Source: a virus
Taxonomy: Duplodnaviria > Caudoviricetes
Virus record (IMG/VR): IMGVR_UViG_3300028571_002036
Location: 1 to 64,000 of that record
Length of the DNA stretch: 64,000 bases
Reading direction: 5' to 3' (one strand)
Under the pieces are notes generated by a model. The model was not told where the DNA came from. It worked only from the letters and a program-made list of their open reading frames with translations, and ran no database searches. Of the stretch, positions 40,717 through 50,472 are shown in pieces; the stretch's first letter is position 1; each line of letters starts with the position of its first letter. The translations under genes were made by a program, and so were the position numbers.

Positions 40717-41569
40717 GAAGAATACTTTGAATTAGTTGTAATACATCTTTTTTAGCACCTTCCATTTCTTTATTAGAGGCCTTTGGTTTGGGATTTGGTC
40801 CTTCGAATGGTTTTTTACCAGGATGTGCAGGACGAATAGAGGGTCTCGTACCAGGTTTGGTAGTTGGTTTAACAGGTGCAGTTTCAGTTTCTGCCTCACC
40901 CATAGATTGTAACATCCCTAAATCCCCAATAGGACGACTCATACGAACACTCTTTCCTCTTTTAGATTTTGGTTTGTAAACCGAGCGACGAATGACACCT
41001 TGTTCGGCAATCATATTCAATATTTCTGTTTTTGTCATTTTTGGTTCTAAATAATTTTCAACCAAAGATACAATTTCTTCTTCAATAAAAAAATCCATCG
41101 GAGATTTTCCTTCCTTTAAACTTTTTTTAACTTGTTTAACACATCTTTCAAACTTGGCGTTTTTCTTAGGACCTAATTGTGCGTGGCATATTGCCCAAGG
41201 ATTGTTTTCATCTTTTTCTTCTTCTGACATATCCTCCTTTTTATCAATCTCGGTATCACCTAAATCACCCATACCATCAGGGGCTTGAACTTGGTGTGGT
41301 GCTTGAGTGGTGGCACCACCTTGAGAACTACCCATATAGTCCACATCATCTTCAGTCATCTCAGTTTCAATACGAACATTAATACCTCTTGAAGTTAAAT
41401 CTTTGAGTTTCTGTGGTTCCGCTTTTTCAGGGGAAATAATAACAGCACCTTGTTCTAAGATTGCAAGTTTTTCTAAGAGCACATCGATTTGAGTTTCATT
41501 TAATTTTACAACGGTTGTTGGTGATAACCCCATTTCTACCAATTTAACAATTTTTTCCTTAGTTTTCAT
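40700..41569 (-). CDS. Hypothetical protein, possible internal head protein
   Basis: Acidic and Pro-rich, with 'NPWAIC' motif and several L/M-x-E sites. Confidence 0.6.
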   Translation of the reverse strand: MKTKEKIVKLVEMGLSPTTVVKLNETQIDVLLEKLAILEQGAVIISPEKAEPQKLKDLTSRGINVRIETEMTEDDVDYMGSSQGGATTQAPHQVQAPDGMGDLGDTEIDKKEDMSEEEKDENNPWAICHAQLGPKKNAKFERCVKQVKKSLKEGKSPMDFFIEEEIVSLVENYLEPKMTKTEILNMIAEQGVIRRSVYKPKSKRGKSVRMSRPIGDLGMLQSMGEAETETAPVKPTTKPGTRPSIRPAHPGKKPFEGPNPKPKASNKEMEGAKKDVLQLIQSILRDGKK

Positions 41570-41954
41570 ATACAACTTTTTTTTCGAACTCAAGAATTAG
41601 GTCTTTTTCGTAAAGTTTATTTTTTACCGATTCTTCTTCTTCACCAAATTTAAACACCAATCGATTGTTTTCATCATACTCTTCAATTTCCCAACCTAAA
41701 GCAATAACACCGTCCATGGCATCGGACATATTGAAATAATCTGAGTTTTGAACAAGTTCCAATTTGACATCTGAGTTTCTAAGTACTCCGACTTTATTGA
41801 TATGTTCTAATTTAGGTGGTGTGGGATATCCACCCGAAGGTGACGACTCCCATGAATCACCCCACACATCTAAGTTTTCAGAAAATATAAATTCGTAGAG
41901 ATTGTTTCCCTTATAATCAGGACCTAGTCCATTGATATAAGTTAGATATCTCAT
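41559..41954 (-). CDS. Hypothetical protein
   Basis: 131-aa ORF. Confidence 0.6.
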   Translation of the reverse strand: MRYLTYINGLGPDYKGNNLYEFIFSENLDVWGDSWESSPSGGYPTPPKLEHINKVGVLRNSDVKLELVQNSDYFNMSDAMDGVIALGWEIEEYDENNRLVFKFGEEEESVKNKLYEKDLILEFEKKVVYEN

Positions 41955-43087
41955 AAAACTATTCCTTCAACAGAGATTTTAATTTGTTTATTTTTATTTT
42001 CAAATACCAAATTCTTTTTATTTGTTCTACCAACAAATTCAAAATTTGAGTTTTCTTCTAAAAACTTCTTACTTGCCAACTCTTGTTCGATGGTCTCTGA
42101 TAAAGTTTCAATTTTTGAAATAAACGAATTAACTTTTTTCTTGTTTTCATTTTTTCTTTCCTCAAACAACTTTTTTGAAAGTTCTACTTCTGAATCCGTA
42201 ACCTCAAAATACTTACTAAGGACTTTGTCGATATTGCTTTCCCTAACCGAGTTGTAGTCATAGTCTTCAGAACCCATACCTTCCATAGGTTCTTCCATAG
42301 AAACTTCATCCTCAAAATCTAAATCCATTTCAACATCAGCTTCCACATCTTCAAACTTAGACATAATGTCCTCCATGTCCTCAGGGTCTAATTTAGTCAA
42401 ATCAAGAGCTGAAAGAACCATGTTAATAACATATTTAATGTCCTCAGAAGACATTCCTTCTTGGTCTTCGAGGGCTCTCATTTTTTGAGTCAATTTACCA
42501 GTAAGTTTTTGAATTACTTTAAAAGAAACTCTTTCTTCCATATCTTCACCACCTGTCATAGGTTCTTCAGCAGGAACATCCAAATCTAGTTCTGTGTCCA
42601 TACCTAAATCAAGTTCATCGTCACCACCCATGTCGTCCATAGGTAGTTCAGGTGCGGGAAGCGCCATTGGTTCTGCGGGAACCGCAGGTGTAACAACTTC
42701 AGGTGTTGGTGGGGTTGGTGTTTTTAAAACAAATTTCTTTTGTTCACCAAACAATTTAACTTCTTCGTTTTGTCCGTTAAGCTCATTGTTTTCTTTAATT
42801 ATTAAATTTAACTTTCTAAGAGCTTGTGAGTATGAGGAGTGATACTTTCTATTTTTCATTGGTTCCATGTAATCTAAAGTGGATTCGTTAATCCCCTTTT
42901 TGATAATGTAACCTTGTTTTTCTTTTACAATGTGGTAATCCATTCCATCCGGTAAATTAATGGAATATTCTGTTGCACCTTCTTTAATGCCTGTTGATGA
43001 CGTACGGTAGGTGGCAATCTCCATAATTCTTTTTAATTTATCGGCTCCTTCGAGTTTTTCGCTACCGATTGCTTTTAATTTTGCCAT
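41951..43087 (-). CDS. Hypothetical acidic protein, possible prohead core component
   Basis: 378-aa ORF with Asp/Glu/Met-rich linker. Confidence 0.6.
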   Translation of the reverse strand: MAKLKAIGSEKLEGADKLKRIMEIATYRTSSTGIKEGATEYSINLPDGMDYHIVKEKQGYIIKKGINESTLDYMEPMKNRKYHSSYSQALRKLNLIIKENNELNGQNEEVKLFGEQKKFVLKTPTPPTPEVVTPAVPAEPMALPAPELPMDDMGGDDELDLGMDTELDLDVPAEEPMTGGEDMEERVSFKVIQKLTGKLTQKMRALEDQEGMSSEDIKYVINMVLSALDLTKLDPEDMEDIMSKFEDVEADVEMDLDFEDEVSMEEPMEGMGSEDYDYNSVRESNIDKVLSKYFEVTDSEVELSKKLFEERKNENKKKVNSFISKIETLSETIEQELASKKFLEENSNFEFVGRTNKKNLVFENKNKQIKISVEGIVL

Positions 43088-43106
43088 GGTTTTTTTTAAT
43101 TAATTT

Positions 43107-43916
43107 TTAGTTGTTAAGGCCGTGCATACCCCCTAGTTGTACCGCACTTAAATCGATTACAGTTCCTTGTTTCCCACCATCGGGACCAACAGGAACCCAA
43201 TCGGCTGGATGTGGGTATGGAGCAGTGGTTGGTGCAGCATCTCCACAAGTTACACAAGCCTCGGCTTCATACTGAACATTTACATCAAATACACCAAAAG
43301 GTGTTGGTGTAGGTGTTGGAGTTGAAGTTGTCGTTGCCGTAGGACTAGCGGTAATACTTGGAGTTGGTGTTCTTGTGAGGGTCGCTGTTGGGGTGTTGGT
43401 AACTGTTGCGGTATTAGTGGGGGTAATTGTTTGTGTTGCGGTAATACTTGGTGTTGGTGTCTTGGTAGAACTTGGTGTTTGAGTGACAGTTGAGCTTGGT
43501 GTTTGTGTTTGAGTATTTGTTGGAGTGGTGGTTGGTGTACTAGTATTTGTGGGCGTTGCAGTGGCGGATGAAGTTATACTTGGTGTTGGTGTACGAGAAG
43601 CTGTTATACTTGGTGTTGGAGTCACCGTGTTCGTAGGGGTGTTTGTTGGTGTTCGTGTGGGTGTTGATGTTGGTGATTCCGTTGGTGTTGGTGTTAAGTC
43701 TCCCAAACAATCAACACAATTTTCCCATGGACCATTGAATACTGTTACAATTTGTGCAAGTGGAGTTTCATCAAAAGTAGTAAGGGTCCAACAACCAATG
43801 TTTGTTGCCCCTGCTAATAATTCATAAATTCTACCCGAAACAATTGTAGCTTCAGTAGCTAAATATCTGAAGGGTTGCCCCGTACAAGAAATTCCAATAA
43901 AATAATTCAACGCCAT
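43107..43916 (-). CDS. Thr/Pro-rich (mucin-like) protein, probable virion appendage
   Basis: About 130 aa of (TP/TPT/TPS)n flanked by Cys-containing domains (CVDC, CVTC). Confidence 0.7.
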   Translation of the reverse strand: MALNYFIGISCTGQPFRYLATEATIVSGRIYELLAGATNIGCWTLTTFDETPLAQIVTVFNGPWENCVDCLGDLTPTPTESPTSTPTRTPTNTPTNTVTPTPSITASRTPTPSITSSATATPTNTSTPTTTPTNTQTQTPSSTVTQTPSSTKTPTPSITATQTITPTNTATVTNTPTATLTRTPTPSITASPTATTTSTPTPTPTPFGVFDVNVQYEAEACVTCGDAAPTTAPYPHPADWVPVGPDGGKQGTVIDLSAVQLGGMHGLNN

Positions 43917-43980
43917 GGACTTTTTTCTATAAATATTGTCAGTTAATAATAACTTTAATAAATAAATATCTAAAATGGTA

Positions 43981-44733
43981 TTAATCTACCAATTTTACTT
44001 CAACTGATAATTCTTTGTCTGTTTGACGACTAACAGTATTATAGAGTTTTTCCAACAATCCTGACCTACGAAGGTACTTAAACACCAAATTTTCATAGGA
44101 ATATTCCCCCTCTTTTTCGAGTCCCGACTTACGATAATCTTTTAATTTTTTTTTCAGTTTCTCAACTTTTTCTTCGTTGGCTTTGAGTCCTTCTTTTTTG
44201 ATGTTGGTAATAAGATTTTCTATTTTGTCTTTCCAACCATCGATTTTGGTCGTTAGAACACCTCTTTCGAGTTGTGGTTTTTCTTTTGAGGGTTTAGAAA
44301 TCCACTCATCATTTAACACCGAATATACTCCCGAGGCAAAATGCATCTCCTGAGAATCTTGTGGGTATAGTTCAACTTCGTAACCAAAAATTTTAATATC
44401 GTGTTTGTCGTTAAATATCTGTTTTTTAAGACCAAATAAATCTCTGTAAAGTTGAGATTGTTTTCCGAATTGTTTGTAATCGATAATAAGATGTAGGTCA
44501 AAGTCTGAATATTCTGACCAGTTGTAGTTTGATAGACTACCTGTTAGGACTACATCTTCAACTTCCAAGTCATCTATTAATGTATCGCCAAATGCTTCGG
44601 CAATTTTCATAAGAGCGTCTCTTACTTTTGGTTTAATCACCGCTTCTGAGGCATCGTCATAGTTTTCCCATACCTTTGGGTTAAGGGTGTCTCTAACTGT
44701 GAAGCTCTGAAGTATGGTTGATAGTTGGGCCAT
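43981..44733 (-). CDS. Pol-beta superfamily nucleotidyltransferase
   Basis: 'LTGS...YNWS.YSDFDLH' (GS...DxD), with a third acidic residue in 'VELY'. Confidence 0.8.
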   Translation of the reverse strand: MAQLSTILQSFTVRDTLNPKVWENYDDASEAVIKPKVRDALMKIAEAFGDTLIDDLEVEDVVLTGSLSNYNWSEYSDFDLHLIIDYKQFGKQSQLYRDLFGLKKQIFNDKHDIKIFGYEVELYPQDSQEMHFASGVYSVLNDEWISKPSKEKPQLERGVLTTKIDGWKDKIENLITNIKKEGLKANEEKVEKLKKKLKDYRKSGLEKEGEYSYENLVFKYLRRSGLLEKLYNTVSRQTDKELSVEVKLVD

Positions 44734-44753
44734 CTGAGATAAATACCTCCTTG

Positions 44754-44996
44754 TTAGAGTTTGGTGTATTTAAATTTTTTGGCAATATCACTTGAAAAGT
44801 ATTTCCCTTGAGATTCTGCCATTCTAAACTTTGTGTAGGTTTGATGTGGAACTTCATTATATTGGTATTTTGTTCCATTTTTAAATTCTACGACCATTTC
44901 TTTTGACTCCGTATCATAGACACTTTTAATGATTGTTGTTGAATCAATCTCATTGATGATTTTTGTTCCGTCTATAGTTTCTTTTTTTACTCCCAT
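44754..44996 (-). CDS. KTSC-domain protein
   Basis: 'S..I....YD.....M.VEFKNG..Y.Y..VP...Y..F..AES.GKYF...I'. Confidence 0.88.
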   Translation of the reverse strand: MGVKKETIDGTKIINEIDSTTIIKSVYDTESKEMVVEFKNGTKYQYNEVPHQTYTKFRMAESQGKYFSSDIAKKFKYTKL

Positions 44997-45098
44997 TGTA
45001 AAGATGTTTTTATAAGTTAATTTACTAGTGTATTGTTAATTGATAAATACAAAAAACCCCCAACTTACGCGGAGGGTCAAAAACAGGGTCTTTGATTA

Positions 45099-45524
45099 TT
45101 AGGAAAGTTTCTTTATTTCATCTCTTAATTGAATTGCTTTTTCATAGTCTTGTTGGTCAACTGCTTTTGTCAGTTGTAAGTTAAGGTCTTCAAGTTTAAC
45201 TTTATTGTCTTCCAAGTTTTTAATCTTGTCACGAAGCTCCACCGCTTTTTCAAACTCTTGAAGGTTCACCGCATTTTGGAGTTCTTTTCTAAGACGCTCC
45301 AAGGTATTTTGTTCTTCGGGTTGTGGAGTGTTCCCGTAGGTTGACCTAAAAATCGTGGTGAATTGAATCATACCATCTTCAGAGGTAAAGGTTTCTTTTG
45401 ACCAATCACCATTCTCATCCTTACCATTCTCTTTTTGCGTTTTACCTTTAAAGATAAATGGGTCTTGGTTTAACAGTGAGTTAAAAAGGTTGTCAAATTC
45501 ATTAAATAATTTTCTTCTAAACAT
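45099..45524 (-). CDS. Protein with two UVR (UvrB/C) motifs, McsA-like putative ClpC adaptor
   Basis: 'L..ELQNAV..QEFEKAVELRDKI' and 'L..QL.KAV..QDYEKAIQLRDEI'. Confidence 0.8.
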   Translation of the reverse strand: MFRRKLFNEFDNLFNSLLNQDPFIFKGKTQKENGKDENGDWSKETFTSEDGMIQFTTIFRSTYGNTPQPEEQNTLERLRKELQNAVNLQEFEKAVELRDKIKNLEDNKVKLEDLNLQLTKAVDQQDYEKAIQLRDEIKKLS

Positions 45525-45563
45525 TTTTTGTATTTTTTAATTTTTTTATTTGAACCTGATAAG

Positions 45564-45644
45564 TCAATCCCCGTACCAAATCAAAATAACTGACAAAATG
45601 TCTGAATTAGTTTTATTTAGAAATATTTTTATGACATCTTGTCA
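45564..45644 (-). promoter_or_regulatory. Putative sigma54 promoter plus TGACA-N3-TGTCA activator sites
   Basis: Minus strand TGGTACG-GGGA-TTGA (45578-45564) fits the -24/-12 spacing; palindromes at 45591-45603 and 45632-45644. Confidence 0.5.
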
Positions 45645-45722
45645 ATTACTAACAAAATTCTGACAGGGGTTTGGAATTGTCCTTTTTTTGATTAACCTTT
45701 GTACAAATCAATTCTATAAATT

Positions 45723-47723
45723 ATGAACGACACATTAGGCGACGACGATAAGACACTCTCAAGGAAGAAACCTACCTCCGAATCGGGTACTCCCGTATTG
45801 GATAACTTTTCTCGTGACTTGAACAAATTGGCAGAACAAGGAAAACTTGACCCAGTGATAGGTCGGGAGAAAGAGATTATTCGTATTGCTCAAATCCTTT
45901 CCCGTAGAAAGAAGAACAACCCTATTATCTTGGGGGAACCAGGCTCAGGTAAAACCGCTTTGATTGAGGGATTGGCGTCTCTTATTATCAATGGAGAATG
46001 TCCCAAAAATCTTCTTGACAAGCGTATTGTCAATTTAGACCTCACCGCTGTGGTGGCAGGGACAAAGTATCGTGGTCAGTTCGAGGAGCGTCTAAAGGTT
46101 ATCCTTGAGGAACTCTCCAACAATCCCAACATCATTGTCTTTATCGATGAGATACACACATTGATTGGTTCAGGTAACTCAACAGGTAGTTTAGACGGTT
46201 CAAACATCTTTAAACCCGCACTTGCTCGTGGAGAAATTCAATGTATCGGTGCAACTACCTTGGATGAGTATCGTAAGTCATTTGAAAAAGACGGAGCTTT
46301 GGAGCGTAGATTCCAAAAGGTCATTGTAGACCCCTCATCAGTTGAGGAGACCATCCAAATTCTCACTCACATTAAAGACCGATACGAATCGTTCCACAAA
46401 GTGGCATACTCTCAAGAAGTAATCGAACTTTGTGTGAAGCTCGCAGACCGATATATCACCGACCGTGAGTTCCCCGACAAAGCCTTTGACATTTTGGATG
46501 AAGTTGGTGCTCGTAGTCAAACCGAGCAAAAGATTCCTGAAGTAATTGAAGAACTAAAACTCAAGGCTTCGGAAATCAAACAACAAAAGATGGATGTTGT
46601 AAAGAAACAGAACTACGAAGAAGCGGCAGCACTAAGGGACAAGGAGCGTAAAATCCTTGCTAAACTCGAAGAGGAAAAGCGGAAATACGCGGAAGAATCC
46701 TCAACAACTCGTATCCCTATCTCGGTGGAACAAGTCTACGATGTTGTTTCCAATATGACCAAAATTCCTGTGAGTAAAATGTCAGTTGACGATATTAACG
46801 CTCTTATTAATATGGACAAATCCCTTATGGAAAAGGTAATTGGTCAAGACGATGCGGTGTCTATGATTGTCAAATCAATCCGTCGTAACCGAATCGGAAT
46901 CAAAGACCCTAACCGTCCTATTGGTTCATTTATCTTCTTGGGTTCAACAGGTGTGGGTAAGACCCACTTAGCAAAACAGATTGCTAAGGAGATGTTCGGG
47001 TCAGAGGATGCGTTGATTCGAGTCGACATGAGTGAATATCAAGAGAAGCACACACTGTCTCGTTTGGTGGGAGCACCCCCAGGATATGTCGGTTACGAAG
47101 AAGGTGGACAGCTTACCGAACAGGTAAAAAACAAACCATATGCGGTTATCCTATTCGATGAGGTTGAGAAAGCCCACAAGGACATTTTCTCTATTCTCCT
47201 TCAGATTCTTGATGATGGTCACGCAACCGATTCCCTCGGTCGAAAAATCAACTTCAAGAACACCCTTATCATCATGACCACCAACCTCGGAGTCAAGAAA
47301 CTTCAAGACTTTGGAGCTGGTATCGGGTTCTCCTCTAACAAGTACTCAAACGAGGAGGCTAAAAAACAAATCTTGATGAAGGAAATGAAGAACTTCTTTT
47401 CCCCCGAGTTCCTAAACCGTATCGATGACACCATTGTGTTCCAAACACTCACAAAGGAGAACATCGAGAAGATTGTAGGACTAGAACTTAGTAAACTCTC
47501 CAAGCGACTAGGTCACATGAAGTACAAAGTGGTGATGGACCCCACCCTCACAGAGTACATTGCAAAAGTCGGTTTCGATGATGAATACGGAGCTCGTCCA
47601 GTAAAACGAGCCATCCAAGACAAAATCGAAGATTACCTATCGGAACTTATCCTAATAGGTAAACTTAAAGAAAATCGAAAATACACCCTAAAGGTGGTAA
47701 ATGAAGAGGTGAAAATCTCTTAA
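45723..47723 (+). CDS. clpC: ClpC-type AAA+ unfoldase lacking the N-terminal Clp-repeat domain
   Basis: Walker A 'GEPGSGKT' and 'GSTGVGKT', pore loops 'KYRG' and 'GYVG', UVR M-domain 'QNYEEAAALRD', ClpP-docking 'GIGF'; NBD1 begins about residue 25. Confidence 0.93.
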   Translation: MNDTLGDDDKTLSRKKPTSESGTPVLDNFSRDLNKLAEQGKLDPVIGREKEIIRIAQILSRRKKNNPIILGEPGSGKTALIEGLASLIINGECPKNLLDKRIVNLDLTAVVAGTKYRGQFEERLKVILEELSNNPNIIVFIDEIHTLIGSGNSTGSLDGSNIFKPALARGEIQCIGATTLDEYRKSFEKDGALERRFQKVIVDPSSVEETIQILTHIKDRYESFHKVAYSQEVIELCVKLADRYITDREFPDKAFDILDEVGARSQTEQKIPEVIEELKLKASEIKQQKMDVVKKQNYEEAAALRDKERKILAKLEEEKRKYAEESSTTRIPISVEQVYDVVSNMTKIPVSKMSVDDINALINMDKSLMEKVIGQDDAVSMIVKSIRRNRIGIKDPNRPIGSFIFLGSTGVGKTHLAKQIAKEMFGSEDALIRVDMSEYQEKHTLSRLVGAPPGYVGYEEGGQLTEQVKNKPYAVILFDEVEKAHKDIFSILLQILDDGHATDSLGRKINFKNTLIIMTTNLGVKKLQDFGAGIGFSSNKYSNEEAKKQILMKEMKNFFSPEFLNRIDDTIVFQTLTKENIEKIVGLELSKLSKRLGHMKYKVVMDPTLTEYIAKVGFDDEYGARPVKRAIQDKIEDYLSELILIGKLKENRKYTLKVVNEEVKIS

Positions 47724-47726
47724 CAT

Positions 47727-47756
47727 AAAAGGGGGGACGAAAGTCCCCCTTTTTTA
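47727..47756 (+). terminator. Intrinsic terminator after clpC
   Basis: GGGGGAC-GAAA-GTCCCCC followed by a T-tract. Confidence 0.9.
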
Positions 47757-47782
47757 TTTATACAGAATTGTATTTATAACAT

Positions 47783-48472
47783 ATGAGGGACATTATAATC
47801 AAGATATTAAAAGAAGAAGTTAGTAAAGGTAAGGTTACTTGTGACAATTGTGGTTGGTCTTGGAAACTATCCGAGGGGGGTCATGACCCATATATTTGTC
47901 ATCAGTGTAATCACAACAACGAACCCAAAAATTTAAAAGAATCTTACAAACACCCCAATCAAGAAAGTTTCGACAAATACTTTCTTTTAGTAAAAAAATA
48001 TTGGGATAAAGTTGGTCTCTCTCGGAAATCGGAAAAAATGGCTGGTAAATATATTTTAGATTCTTCACTAACATTTCCTTTTGCCATAGAGTATCTTGGT
48101 GGTACCAAAAAATTTATAAAAGAAATATCAGATAAAATTCAAAATCAAGTTTTTGATTGTAAAGAATGTGGGGGATATAATTTCAAGTATTATGTTGATG
48201 AGTTTGATGTGGAAAGAAACTATAATTTTCACGAAATTAATGTTTCGGTAGTTGTTGATACCTCAATATCAGGTAGTACTTACAGCTCCGAAGATTTCAG
48301 TTTTACAAATGTAGATTACCAATTATTGTCAAACTTAGAAGGTTCTGAATTTTATGGTGAGGTAATCCAAGAACTCAAGGCAATAATTAGTGAAGAATTA
48401 GAAAAAAAGATAGATGCACCGTTTGAACTTTGGGCTGACATTGTACGATTAGATTTTGAAACTTTTAATTAG
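47783..48472 (+). CDS. Hypothetical protein with N-terminal zinc ribbon
   Basis: 'MRDIIIKILKEE', 'CDNCGWSW...YICHQC'. Confidence 0.65.
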   Translation: MRDIIIKILKEEVSKGKVTCDNCGWSWKLSEGGHDPYICHQCNHNNEPKNLKESYKHPNQESFDKYFLLVKKYWDKVGLSRKSEKMAGKYILDSSLTFPFAIEYLGGTKKFIKEISDKIQNQVFDCKECGGYNFKYYVDEFDVERNYNFHEINVSVVVDTSISGSTYSSEDFSFTNVDYQLLSNLEGSEFYGEVIQELKAIISEELEKKIDAPFELWADIVRLDFETFN

Positions 48473-49296
48473 AACACCCACGGATTTGTTTGAGGTTTCA
48501 AATCTTTTTGATGTTTACGATATCCCAATTTTTCAATCATTTTTTTACCCATCTCAATTCCATTAAAAACATCTTCGATTACAACATATTCGTAGGGGGT
48601 GTGGTAGTCGTAGTACCCAATAGAGAAATTAATACAGGAGATGTCAAATTTACCCCGTAAAGCCCATACATCTGTATAGGGGTGAACCATATACTCTAAG
48701 TCTTCACCAATACCCTCAGTTAAAATGTTATTACAAACATCAAAGAATTCAGAATCACGGTTGAACAATTGCTGACCCCAACAATATTCAGTCACCATCC
48801 AATTTTCGGGAGCATCGAACTGAATACCATATCCAACATTTTCAAAGAACTCGGGACTAGCTTTTTTTGAACCATGACAACCCGTTTCTTCAGAAACAAA
48901 AAATGTCGCTTTCAGATTCGGTAGTTCCTCCAATAATTCCAAACAAGCAAAAACACCAGCTTTGTCATCACCCCCAATTCCTGTGGGCTCGTCATGGTCG
49001 TTATAAGCTTTAAGAGAAGGGCGTTGCTCCCCTTGAGCATTTACCAAAAATTCCTCACGGATATTGATAGGTCCCAACCCATGTACGGTGTCGGTATGAG
49101 AAATCACACAAGGGAAATATTCAATATTCTCATCAGTTTGTTTAGTTGCATAAACATTTAGATGTTCATCCACGAAATATGGGATTTGTTTTTCCTTTAA
49201 CCACTCACAAATAAACTCGACCATCATACCCTCTCGGTATGTTGCGGTTGGAACGGATAAGACTTTCTTTAAGAATTCAATTTTACTGTGAGTCAT
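48469..49296 (-). CDS. M20/M28/M42-type zinc peptidase
   Basis: 'SHTDTVH', 'GIGGDDKAG', 'VSEETG', 'GYYDYHT..E'. Confidence 0.85.
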   Translation of the reverse strand: MTHSKIEFLKKVLSVPTATYREGMMVEFICEWLKEKQIPYFVDEHLNVYATKQTDENIEYFPCVISHTDTVHGLGPINIREEFLVNAQGEQRPSLKAYNDHDEPTGIGGDDKAGVFACLELLEELPNLKATFFVSEETGCHGSKKASPEFFENVGYGIQFDAPENWMVTEYCWGQQLFNRDSEFFDVCNNILTEGIGEDLEYMVHPYTDVWALRGKFDISCINFSIGYYDYHTPYEYVVIEDVFNGIEMGKKMIEKLGYRKHQKDLKPQTNPWVF

Positions 49297-50431
49297 GAGA
49301 TAATATTTTACGCAAAGATAGTAAAATATTCTTTGATTCCAAAGTCAGCTCATAATTGTGGTACCAGTTGTAAAAATTCAGAGGGGATATTTTTAGTTCA
49401 TCACTACCCCATCTACGAATTGGTAAATCAGAATATCTACCGTCTGTTACCTTATTAACAAAAAGAATGAGTTTATTAGAACCTGCGTCATAGTGACTTA
49501 TCGCGAATCTGATATTCTTCTGTGGCACATTGATGGGTTTACCCGTTCCGAATTGTTTTAATATTTTTGTCAAAATTTCTGTTCTCTGAGGTGAAACTTC
49601 CTCGTCCACTTTCTCAAGTAAATCCGTAATCATTCGATTAGTCTCAGAGACATACCTCGGATTCTTCTTAAATACATGAACATCAATGTTCCATCTTTCT
49701 TCTTCCCAACCCCCTATATCTTTTCCTCGAGTCAATCCATTCATTGTTGAATAGATACTTACCGAATCTGATTGTTCCTCTTTTTTGTTCGGATAAATTT
49801 TCATCAAATAGTATAAATTTCCTGCCGATATAGACACATTGAAATAATTACTATATTTCTCATTGGTTTCTATATTCACACCATAAGGTCCTAATACCTC
49901 ACTCAATTGATTTGATATCAATTTCCCCATTTTTTCGGTAAACTCCTCATTTTGATATTCATAAATGACATCTAAAATTTGAGTAATTTCTCTTGGATAT
50001 GATTTTAAGATTGTTTCGTTGATAGGCCTTGTATCCGTATTTGCGGTAAAATTTTCGTTGAACTTCCGATACAACTTCAAAATCATCTGATATTCCTCAC
50101 CGTTTCTATCGAAATAATCTCCAAGGAAAAAATCAGTCTCCGCCATCCTATCATAGATGATATCAGGACCTTCATACTCCATGTTGCCCCCATCCAAAAA
50201 CATAGATAACCACCAATAATCAAACTCGCCCAAATTGAAAAAATCTACCAACTCGTTACCATCCATCTTTATTTCAAAGATAGATTTTACCCTATTGGGA
50301 TTTTCTATTATTTTATCTACCACACTCTGAGCTAAAACATCCTCTGCAGATACTTTACCTTTGATGTAATCGTAAACCAACTGAGGAAAATCCTTAGTAC
50401 TTTCTGAAATTATTCTTCGGGACTTGGTCAT
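49283..50431 (-). CDS. Hypothetical protein
   Basis: 382-aa ORF with the TATTTATA motif just upstream. Confidence 0.6.
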   Translation of the reverse strand: MTKSRRIISESTKDFPQLVYDYIKGKVSAEDVLAQSVVDKIIENPNRVKSIFEIKMDGNELVDFFNLGEFDYWWLSMFLDGGNMEYEGPDIIYDRMAETDFFLGDYFDRNGEEYQMILKLYRKFNENFTANTDTRPINETILKSYPREITQILDVIYEYQNEEFTEKMGKLISNQLSEVLGPYGVNIETNEKYSNYFNVSISAGNLYYLMKIYPNKKEEQSDSVSIYSTMNGLTRGKDIGGWEEERWNIDVHVFKKNPRYVSETNRMITDLLEKVDEEVSPQRTEILTKILKQFGTGKPINVPQKNIRFAISHYDAGSNKLILFVNKVTDGRYSDLPIRRWGSDELKISPLNFYNWYHNYELTLESKNILLSLRKILSHDSQ

Positions 50432-50446
50432 ATTAATATAAATACT

Positions 50447-50470
50447 TATATTTGTAGAGTTCTTTGAAAT
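50447..50470 (+). promoter_or_regulatory. Bacteroidota-type -7 promoter (TATATTTG) and boxA-like element before tmRNA
   Basis: TATATTTG at 50447-50454; GTTCTTTGAAA at 50459-50469. Confidence 0.6.
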
Positions 50471-50472
50471 AT

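Noticed and set aside
43300-43700. Tandem DNA repeat or VNTR in the Thr/Pro tracts
   Set aside because: Codons vary synonymously, so the periodicity is explained by the protein repeat.
4551-47503. Many short antisense or alternative-frame ORFs in the track (e.g. 4551-4874, 22351-22857, 29058-29300, 43525-43827)
   Set aside because: They are shadows of well-supported genes on the other strand or frame.
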